From Gemmatimonadota bacterium (GTDB lineage Bacteria > Latescibacterota > UBA2968 > UBA8231), in NCBI GenBank assembly GCA_038153405.1, contig JAYOYH010000075.1, forward strand, positions 4,322 to 16,837: 12,516 bases of DNA, written 5' to 3'. Positions 1 to 8,534 of this stretch are shown piece by piece. Below the pieces are notes generated by a model. The model was not told the origin of the DNA and made no database searches. It worked only from the letters and a program-made list of their open reading frames with translations. Numbering within the stretch: position 1 is the stretch's first letter; each line of letters begins with the position of its first letter. The translations under genes were made by a program, and so were the position numbers.

Positions 1-2
1 CC

Positions 3-1072
3 TCACCACCGGCCGAACCGCGCCTGCTGGGCGTTCGCCTATCGCGGCTCAACCAGCGACGGCTGGCCTATTTCCGCCGCAACCGGCGCGGCTACTGGAG
101 CACTTGGATTTTCTTGCTGCTCTTCCTGTGCTGCCTGCCGGCCGAGTTCATCGCCAACGATCGCCCGCTGCTGGTGCGCTACGACGGCCAGTTGTACTAC
201 CCGGTAATCTTGACCTATCCCGAAACTGTATTTGGCGGCGACTTTGAGACGGAGGCCGAGTACCGCGATCCCTTCGTACAGGAGCTGATCGAGGAAAAGG
301 GCTGGATTCTCTGGCCGCCCATTCCCTACCGCTACGACACCGTTAACTACGATCTCAAGCAGCCCGCGCCCTCGCCCCCGGATGCCGACAACCTGCTGGG
401 CACCGACGATCAAGCGCGCGACGTGGTAGCGCGCCTTATTTACGGCTATCGCATCTCACTGCTCTTCGGCCTGCTGCTGACGTTCTTCAGCGCCACCATC
501 GGCATGGCCGCCGGCGCGGTGCAGGGATACTTCGGCGGCTGGATCGACCTGCTCTTTCAGCGCTTTATCGAAATCTGGCAGGGCCTTCCCATGCTCTACC
601 TGCTCATCATTCTGGCCAGTTTCGTCGAACCTAGCTTTTGGTGGCTGCTGGGCCTGCTTCTGCTCTTTCGCTGGATGGGTCTGGTGGGCGTCGTGCGCGC
701 CGAGTTTCTCCGCGCGCGCAACTTCGACTTCGTAAAAGCCGCGCACGCCTTGGGGCAGAGCGACGCGCGCATTATGTGGCGCCACGTGCTGCCTAATGCC
801 ATGGTCTCAGTGCTGACTTTCCTGCCCTTTGTCCTGACCGGCTCGGTGGCCGTACTCACCTCGCTCGACTTCCTCGGCTTTGGCCTGCCACCCGGCTCGC
901 CGTCGCTGGGCGAATTGCTCGGCCAGGGCAAGCGCAATCTACAGGCACCGTGGCTGGGCTTTTCCGCCTTTTTCACGCTGGCCCTCATGCTCTCTCTGTT
1001 GGTCTTTATCGGCGAGGCCGTGCGCGACGCCTTTGATCCGCGCAAGACCTTCACCCACTCTGGAGACGACGC

Positions 1073-1076
<4 letters not shown>
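3..1076 (+). CDS. yejE: Peptide ABC transporter permease, YejE-like (5' end lies outside the window)
   Basis: The frame of ORF 114..1076 is open back to nt 3 and reads ...RLSRLNQRRLAYFRRNRRGYWSTWIF..., matching the YejE N-terminal pattern, so 114 is not the true start. It also has IANDRPLLVRYDG, LLGTDDQARDV, VRAEFLRARNFDFVKAAHALG (EAA-loop region), HVLPNAMV and GEAVRDAFDPRK. The TGA stop overlaps the yejF start (GTGA). Confidence 0.9.
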
Positions 1077-2686
<1,610 letters not shown>

Positions 2687-3505
2687 GTGCCTGAGGGACC
2701 GGAAATCAAGCGCGTCGCCGACGAGCTGGCCGCCGCATTGGTCGGCAAAAAACTGGTGGAGGTCTCCTTCGCCTTCGACCACCTCAAGCGTTGGGAGTCC
2801 ACCCTGTGCGGGCGCAAGGTCAAACGCGTGCGACCGCGCGGCAAGGCCCTGCTAACGGAGTTCGGCGATCGCACCATCTACTCGCACAACCAGCTCTATG
2901 GCCGCTGGCTTGTAGCCGAACGCGGCTCCGTGCCCCAAACGGGCCGCCAGCTGCGTTTGGCACTGCACACGCGGCAGCACGCCTGCTTGCTCTACTCGGC
3001 TTCCGATATCGAAGTGCTCGACGAGGAGGGCATGGCAGCCCATCCCTTTCTCAACAAGCTGGGGCCAGACGTACTCGATGGTGCAACGACGAGCAAAACG
3101 ATCGCCACGCGCTATGCCGAGCCGCAATTCCAAGGTCGACAGCTCGGCTCGCTGCTATTAGACCAAGGATTCCTCGCCGGCTTGGGCAACTACCTGCGCA
3201 GCGAGATCCTGTTCTGCGCGCGCGTCCATCCTCTGCGCCGGTTGGGCGACGCCTCCGGGGCGGCGCAAACCGCCCTTGCCCAACACACGCTGGCCCTGAC
3301 CCAGCAGTCGTACAAAACGCAGGGCGTGACTAACGACCTAAACAGCTACAGGGCCATGCGAAAAGCTGGACGCACCTTTGCCCAGAGTCGCCACTGGGTC
3401 TTTGACCGGGAAGGCGAGAGCTGCTACGAATGCGGCGAGGCCATCGACAAAATCAGCGTCAACAGCCGCCGGCTCTACTACTGTCCCCACTGCCAAGCTG
3501 AGTAG
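2687..3505 (+). CDS. nei: Endonuclease VIII (Fpg/Nei DNA glycosylase/AP lyase)
   Basis: N-terminal catalytic PEGPE, RGKALL, HNQLYG (QLY of E. coli-type Nei), LLYSASDIE, H2TH motif LLLDQGFLAGLGNYLRSEIL, and C-terminal zinc finger CYEC...CPHC. The GTG start immediately follows the yejF TAA, with an SD-like GGGAGG inside the end of yejF. Confidence 0.93.
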   Translation: MPEGPEIKRVADELAAALVGKKLVEVSFAFDHLKRWESTLCGRKVKRVRPRGKALLTEFGDRTIYSHNQLYGRWLVAERGSVPQTGRQLRLALHTRQHACLLYSASDIEVLDEEGMAAHPFLNKLGPDVLDGATTSKTIATRYAEPQFQGRQLGSLLLDQGFLAGLGNYLRSEILFCARVHPLRRLGDASGAAQTALAQHTLALTQQSYKTQGVTNDLNSYRAMRKAGRTFAQSRHWVFDREGESCYECGEAIDKISVNSRRLYYCPHCQAE

Positions 3506-3571
3506 CGCCCGCCTGCTGCGCTGCGTATACTGCACGCAAGTGCCGTTTACTCCTTTTAGGGAGCGAGCCCT

Positions 3572-4828
3572 GTGAAAATAGTCGATATCGAAGCCATCTC
3601 GCTGCGCGTGCCCTACGAAGAGCGCATTCGCAAAGCCTTTTATCACTTTGCCATGACGGAGGAACTGACGCTCTACAAGTTCCACACCGACACGGGCTTA
3701 GTCGGACTGGGCGAGCGCGTTGGGCCGCCCTTTGAATCGGCGCAGCTAGCCCGCTACTTGGGCAGCAATCCCTTTGACCACGTGATGGGCACGGGGCCGT
3801 TTAACTTGGACATGGCCTGCTACGACCTAATGGGCAAGCATTTGAACCAGCCGGCCTGGAAGCTGATGGGCCAGCAGCGCCGGCCGTGGGTGAGCATGGG
3901 CTGGTGGATGCCCTGCATGTCGCCGGAAGATTCAGCGCGCGAAGTCGAAATAGCCGCCGAGCGCGGCTACCGTGGCCTCAAGTGCAAGGCGCGCGCCTTT
4001 TACGACGTCGTCGAACAGGCCGAGGCTATGCAGCAGGTCGCCCCAGAAGACTTTCGCATTGAGTTTGATTTTAACGGCGCGCTAATCAACGTCGAAAAAG
4101 CGCTGCCGGTATTGCGCGCGCTGGAAAAGATACCCGTAGTCAAGGGCGTCGAAGAGCCCATTTTTGCCTACGACGTGGAGGGCTGGCGGCGGCTGCACCG
4201 CGAAATTCGCATTCCCTTTTATCTGCACGGCGTCAGCACGATTTTCGACGGTCCTTCGCGCCAACCCTCCGGCCCGTGGCTGGGCCTGCGCGCAGGAGAC
4301 TTCGACGGCGCGCTGTGCAGCCACGAGAACGTGCGCAACGCACTGGCCGCCTCGTGGGCTTTTGCCGCAGCCAACACGCCTATTCTCTTGCAGTACGTCG
4401 GCACGGGTATCACGGGCGCCTTCGCCTGTCAGCTGGGCGCCGTCATGCACACGGCAACCCTGCCGGGCGTGACGGCTAGCCACTCCTACGAGGACGATCT
4501 GATCGCCAAACCGTTGGATGTGCAGCGGGGCTTTATGCGGGTGCCCGAAGAGCCCGGGCTCGGCGTCGAACTAGACGAGGACGCCGTCGCGCGCTATCGA
4601 GATACCGAACCCATGCAGTGGCCGCGCCACGTCTCCGTCGTGGAGTTACCCAGCGGTGTCCGGCACTACTACCGCAGCCTGCAGCAGGCCGAAGACCTGA
4701 TGAAGCAGGGCGTCGACGAATCCTTTGCGCCCGGCGTGCGCCTGCGCGAATGGGAGGACGATAGCAGCGAAGCGTTTGAGCGCGTATGGACGCGGCTACA
4801 GCAGCAAAACGTGCCTATCTGGGACTAG
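3572..4828 (+). CDS. Mandelate racemase/muconate lactonizing enzyme (enolase superfamily) protein with C-terminal extension
   Basis: MKIVDIEAI start, TDTGLVGLGE, DMACYDLMGKHLNQPAWKLMG, KCK (K137/K139), DFN (D166), EEP (E194), PGLGVELDEDAV. GTG start with GGGAG at 3559-3563. Confidence 0.9.
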   Translation: MKIVDIEAISLRVPYEERIRKAFYHFAMTEELTLYKFHTDTGLVGLGERVGPPFESAQLARYLGSNPFDHVMGTGPFNLDMACYDLMGKHLNQPAWKLMGQQRRPWVSMGWWMPCMSPEDSAREVEIAAERGYRGLKCKARAFYDVVEQAEAMQQVAPEDFRIEFDFNGALINVEKALPVLRALEKIPVVKGVEEPIFAYDVEGWRRLHREIRIPFYLHGVSTIFDGPSRQPSGPWLGLRAGDFDGALCSHENVRNALAASWAFAAANTPILLQYVGTGITGAFACQLGAVMHTATLPGVTASHSYEDDLIAKPLDVQRGFMRVPEEPGLGVELDEDAVARYRDTEPMQWPRHVSVVELPSGVRHYYRSLQQAEDLMKQGVDESFAPGVRLREWEDDSSEAFERVWTRLQQQNVPIWD

Positions 4829-4832
4829 CGTC

Positions 4833-4879
4833 CAGACAGTCTGATCCACCGACGAATGGTGGAGTGCTCAGCGCGAGCA
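4833..4879. other. Three tandem inverted repeats between convergent genes (possible terminator or 3'-end stabiliser)
   Basis: CAGAC-A-GTCTG (4833-4843), TCCACC-N7-GGTGGA (4845-4863) and TGCTC-N5-GAGCA (4865-4879). No U-tract on either strand. Confidence 0.4.
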
Positions 4880-4891
4880 GCAGTTAGCGCA

Positions 4892-5776
4892 CTAGCGGGC
4901 GCGCACATCCAGATTCCAAGCGCGCCAGTAGTAGCGCAGCGGATCATCTTCGGCCCAGCCCGCGTAGATATCCTCCCAGCCCAGCCAACCCATGTGCGGC
5001 AGCAGCGAATCCTCGCGCACGGGATGGCTCTGCGGCTGGTATCGATAGTCCACCGACAAGCGCAATCGATCGGCTGTCCCGTTGTCGCGGCCCTGATGAA
5101 CGGCCAAGCTGTGCACGAAGAGCACGTCGCCGCACTGGAAATCGCCGCCAAACCACGCGGCCTCTTCTGCCACATTAACGGCGCGACCACCGGCGCCCTG
5201 CGCTTCGTGCACGTCGCGTATAAAGCCGGCCTCGTGCGTACCGCGCGCCACCGCCAGCGAGCCCAATTCGGCGGGACAGTCGCCCAGAGGAATCCACGCC
5301 GTCCACGTCTCGTCGCTGCCGCCGATATAGAAATGGTCCTGGTGCGGCGGCGTCGAATGCGTCTGCGTGCATGGGAACATAGCCCGACAGATATTGCGGC
5401 TGTGCGGCAGCACGGCCTCGCCAAAGAGCACGCCCAGCGCGTCGATAATCGCGCTGTGCAGCGCCAGTGCGTGGAAGGCGCGCAGTTTGAGCAGGTCACA
5501 GTAAAAGGCCTGCCAGCGCGGATCGCCCGATTCGACCACCGCGCGGTCGGCGCACACAATTCCCTGCATCGGATCGCTACCCTCTACCAACCAGTCGTGC
5601 CGCGCACAGATATCGAGCACTTGTCGGCGCACGTCGAGCAGGTCTGTCGCTGGCAGTAAGCCCTTGAAAAACAAACAGCCATCTTCGCGCGCGCGCTGCC
5701 TGAGCCCCTCTGCGTTGTGCAGCAGCGGCATCGAGTCGACGTAGGGCTGCACGTCGCGCATTGTCGTCATAGCCAT
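4892..5776 (-). CDS. Phytanoyl-CoA dioxygenase (PhyH) family Fe(II)/2-oxoglutarate dioxygenase, PtlH-like
   Basis: DGCLFFKGLL, TPPHQDHFYIG (HxD), TAWIPLGD, GTH, GDVLFVHSLAVHQG (distal His), RLSVDYRYQP (2OG-binding Arg). Start placed at ATG 5776 because GGGAG (5785-5789, minus strand) lies 8 nt upstream; the ORF-track start at 5785 overlaps that SD. Confidence 0.88.
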   Translation of the reverse strand: MAMTTMRDVQPYVDSMPLLHNAEGLRQRAREDGCLFFKGLLPATDLLDVRRQVLDICARHDWLVEGSDPMQGIVCADRAVVESGDPRWQAFYCDLLKLRAFHALALHSAIIDALGVLFGEAVLPHSRNICRAMFPCTQTHSTPPHQDHFYIGGSDETWTAWIPLGDCPAELGSLAVARGTHEAGFIRDVHEAQGAGGRAVNVAEEAAWFGGDFQCGDVLFVHSLAVHQGRDNGTADRLRLSVDYRYQPQSHPVREDSLLPHMGWLGWEDIYAGWAEDDPLRYYWRAWNLDVRAR

Positions 5777-5824
5777 CCTAATCACTCCCGTTCGTTGTGG
5801 ATCAAACGATGCGGCCTGCGCCGC

Positions 5825-6889
5825 TCAAAAGGGCGCTCCAATACCAACGTCCGTAGCCAGCCCCCGCAGGCTGTCCACCGTTAACTCCGTCAGCGGCACG
5901 CCGTGCTGTGCGGATGCTCTTTCGCATTCCCATTCCATCTCACCGGGCACGTAGATGCGCTCAACGCCCTCCGCTCTCGGCGCGTCGTGCATCCGCTCGA
6001 TTAGCGCATCGACGCGCGCCTCAAATTGCTCTATAGGCATCATGGCTGCAACGTCGAGGACGATAACGGCATGTCCCTCATCGCATGGCGCGTCCGAGAC
6101 CTTGGCCCACGACAGCACGTCGAGCGTCATCGCCGCCCCCGCCAGCGCGCCAGCAAAGCACTCGACCAACAGCGCCAATCCATAGCCCTTGTGCGCGGCA
6201 AAGGGCGTCAGCGCACCGCCGTTGCCGAATGGAGCTGGATCGGTCGTAGGCCTTCCCTCGGCGTCGGTCAACCACTCGGCCGGTATGCCCTTGCCCTGCG
6301 CCGCAGCCGAGTGCACCTTGCCACCAGCCACCGTGCTCATAGCTATATCCAATACGAGCGGCGGATGCTTACCCGCGGGAATGGCGTAGCAGAGCGGATT
6401 GTTGCCCAACTGCGGACCGCGACCGCCGGGCAGGTTCATCACCGCGTCGGTGTTGCTCATGGCCAGGGCAGCCATGCCGTGTTCCAATGCCATCATCGCG
6501 TAGGCCGACGCGGCGCCAAAGTGGTTGCTGCGGCGCACGGTCACTAGGCCAACACCCGTCTCCTTCGCTTTGGCCATGGCCCGCTGCATGGCGCGCTGAC
6601 CGGCGACCATGCCCACCGCTTGGCCTGCATCCATCTGCGCCCAGGCCGGCCCCTCGCTCGTCACGGTAGGCTCGGCGCGCGGATCGATGCCGCCGTCGCG
6701 CATCAGCTGGACGTAGCGACGCAGCGACGCCGTGCCGTGCGTGTAAATACCGCGCGCGTCCGTCTGCACGAGTATCTCGGCCGTCAGTAAGGCATCGTCT
6801 GGGCGCATGCCAACAGCCTGCAGACAGCGCGTGCAAAAACCGACGAGTTCGGCGCGCGCGATGCGCGTCACAAAGGGGGGCGATATCAT
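5825..6889 (-). CDS. Ldh_2 family NAD(P)-dependent oxidoreductase (malate/L-lactate/ureidoglycolate/sulfolactate dehydrogenase-like)
   Basis: DARGIYTHG, RRSNHFGA, GNNP (GTNP-like), LDIAMS (DMATS-like), HKGYGL, YVPGE. No clear SD, so the start is less certain. Substrate is not assignable. It lies 48 nt upstream of the PhyH start and is probably co-transcribed with it. Confidence 0.88.
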   Translation of the reverse strand: MISPPFVTRIARAELVGFCTRCLQAVGMRPDDALLTAEILVQTDARGIYTHGTASLRRYVQLMRDGGIDPRAEPTVTSEGPAWAQMDAGQAVGMVAGQRAMQRAMAKAKETGVGLVTVRRSNHFGAASAYAMMALEHGMAALAMSNTDAVMNLPGGRGPQLGNNPLCYAIPAGKHPPLVLDIAMSTVAGGKVHSAAAQGKGIPAEWLTDAEGRPTTDPAPFGNGGALTPFAAHKGYGLALLVECFAGALAGAAMTLDVLSWAKVSDAPCDEGHAVIVLDVAAMMPIEQFEARVDALIERMHDAPRAEGVERIYVPGEMEWECERASAQHGVPLTELTVDSLRGLATDVGIGAPF

Positions 6890-7020
6890 GGCTGCATAAA
6901 CTTGGTATGCGTGCGTTCTAATGCGAAAGGAGAGAGGCGCTCGGCTCGTGCACGGATGGCGCTACGACCGAAAACACTCACCCAACGTACGCCGTGCCGA
7001 AAAGCCGCAGGCGTAGCGAC

Positions 7021-7050
7021 AATATAGGACGGTGCCGAGGACAAGACCAA
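7021..7050 (-). promoter_or_regulatory. Putative sigma70-type promoter for the Ldh_2/PhyH unit
   Basis: Minus strand TTGGTC (7050-7045)-N18-TATATT (7026-7021). Confidence 0.3.
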
Positions 7051-7066
7051 CGCCATCGGCCCTTTA

Positions 7067-7095
7067 TTGATGCCTCGGGTCGCATGCGTTATGCT
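7067..7095 (+). promoter_or_regulatory. Putative sigma70-type promoter for the hypothetical/GalB-like unit
   Basis: TTGATG (7067-7072)-N17-TATGCT (7090-7095). An alternative -10, TAGAAT, lies at 7124-7129. Confidence 0.4.
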
Positions 7096-7151
7096 TGCTG
7101 TCATCAGCACGCGAATATCCGCCTAGAATACGCGCCCTCAGGAGACCCCAT

Positions 7152-8498
7152 ATGGAAGCCTGGATTTTTGTGCACGACCCCCTCGAGCGCTACCTAGCCG
7201 ACTACGAGCGCATCTTCGACGCCTGGGAAGCGGGCGGCGTGCGCGGCATCGTCGTCGGCTATCTGCGCTTTATCGACGAAAACGGCGATAGCCTGCCCAC
7301 GTTTCACTCCGACCCCTCGGTATACACATCCTTTGGCATCGCGCCGCCAGAAGAAGGGCCGCGCGACCCGGAAAAGGAAAAGAAGTTTCAGGCTATGCTC
7401 GATAATGCGGCAGCACGCGGCTGGCACATTATGACCTTTTACGCCGGCGGCGGCGGCGGCAGCTTGCCCATCGAAGACGACCCACACGGCGTTATCTCCT
7501 ACGCCGCACGCATCCAGGATACCATGAATGCCCTGCCGCAGGCACACGGCATCGTGCAGGACGGTCCCGGCGAGCAACACTACGAGTTGGCCTTTCACCA
7601 CGGCGGCGAGCTATTGGAAATTCGTCCCGGTAGCGAAGCGCGCTTTGCCGCCCTCGGCTTTGACCTAAAGCGCCTGCAGCACGGCATCGACCATTTGCGC
7701 ACCAGCCTGCATGGCCTGACGCCAGCGGCCGTGCGCTACCAAGCCTCGGCCGGCACACTAGCTGGTATGCAGCTATTCGATATTAACGAGGACGTCATCT
7801 ACTGGCTGCGCGCGCGCCGACAAATGGCGCTCGGCTACATGGAAGGCTTGGCCGGACAGTTGCCCGGACTCAATCGCAAGGTCGAGTTAGGCGGCATTCC
7901 GCGCACGGCCGCGTTTTCATCGCTGACCTGCCAGGACTACGTCGAAATGGGCCGACTCTTTGACTACGTTTTTCCCAAACACTACTACTGGCATCGCGGC
8001 TTTGACGGGCTCTACGGCACGGTCGCCCGCTGGGTGCAGCGGCTCCTCGACTGGAACCCCACGCTGAGCGAAGCCGATGGACTAGCCGTCGTGCGCTCCC
8101 TCTTCGGCATTGAACTGCCCGGCGTACACAGCCTGCTCGATATGGAGATGGGCTTCCCCGACGAATTCTTCTCGCAGGTCGTCTACGGCGAGACGCAGCG
8201 CGCGCTGGAGGCCATTGGCCCCGACAAGACCGTCTGCTGGGTGTCTACCGGACGCGCGCCGCACGCCGGCGATGCCATGCCCGCGCGCGACTTGTACAAG
8301 ATATTGGACGCCTCGCGCCAGGCCGGTCTCAAACGCTTTCTCTTCCATCCCGATCCCGAGCCGGGCGCGGCCGAATGGCATATTCTCACTAATATGTGCG
8401 GCACGCCGTGGAAAGAGGATATGGATGGACCCTACTGGCCGGCCGACACGCCGCGCTCGACCTTTAGCGGCACACGCGAGCCCGAGCGCTATCGATAG
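7152..8498 (+). CDS. Hypothetical protein (448 aa), possible TIM-barrel enzyme
   Basis: Long ORF with GC3-biased codons like its neighbours. AGGAG at 7140-7144 precedes ATG 7152, which is preferred over the track start at 7095. No family recognised with confidence, and no signal peptide or TM segment is evident. Confidence 0.85.
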   Translation: MEAWIFVHDPLERYLADYERIFDAWEAGGVRGIVVGYLRFIDENGDSLPTFHSDPSVYTSFGIAPPEEGPRDPEKEKKFQAMLDNAAARGWHIMTFYAGGGGGSLPIEDDPHGVISYAARIQDTMNALPQAHGIVQDGPGEQHYELAFHHGGELLEIRPGSEARFAALGFDLKRLQHGIDHLRTSLHGLTPAAVRYQASAGTLAGMQLFDINEDVIYWLRARRQMALGYMEGLAGQLPGLNRKVELGGIPRTAAFSSLTCQDYVEMGRLFDYVFPKHYYWHRGFDGLYGTVARWVQRLLDWNPTLSEADGLAVVRSLFGIELPGVHSLLDMEMGFPDEFFSQVVYGETQRALEAIGPDKTVCWVSTGRAPHAGDAMPARDLYKILDASRQAGLKRFLFHPDPEPGAAEWHILTNMCGTPWKEDMDGPYWPADTPRSTFSGTREPERYR

Positions 8499-8509
8499 GA
8501 TCACACCAC

Positions 8510-8530
8510 TGTATTTAAGAGGGAAATACA
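8510..8530. promoter_or_regulatory. AT-rich perfect inverted repeat enclosing the RBS of the GalB-like gene
   Basis: TGTATTT (8510-8516)-AAGAGGG-AAATACA (8524-8530), ending 4 nt before ATG 8535. Confidence 0.4.
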
Positions 8531-8534
8531 CAAC

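Noticed and set aside
4825..4895. Possible tRNA or tRNA remnant from the three-hairpin arrangement
   Set aside because: No proper 7-bp acceptor stem, D-loop GG, GTTCRA T-loop or CCA end.
4825..5659. Long alternative ORFs 4856..5659 (+, 267 aa) and 4825..5559 (-, 244 aa)
   Set aside because: These are shadow frames of the PhyH gene with no motifs and Arg/Ala-rich composition, expected at high GC. The same applies to the other overlapping track ORFs.
7095..7151. 19-aa N-terminal extension of the hypothetical protein in the ORF track
   Set aside because: The TTG start has no SD and overlaps the predicted -10/TSS. AGGAG supports ATG 7152.
6886..7197. Small ORFs in the divergent gap (6886..7110 -, 6994..7197 +, and a 31-codon ORF from ATG 6921)
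   Set aside because: No well-placed SD and no recognisable motif; the two longer ones also overlap predicted promoters and neighbouring genes.
7446..7460. (GGC)5 trinucleotide run
   Set aside because: In-frame poly-Gly loop, too short to suggest phase variation.
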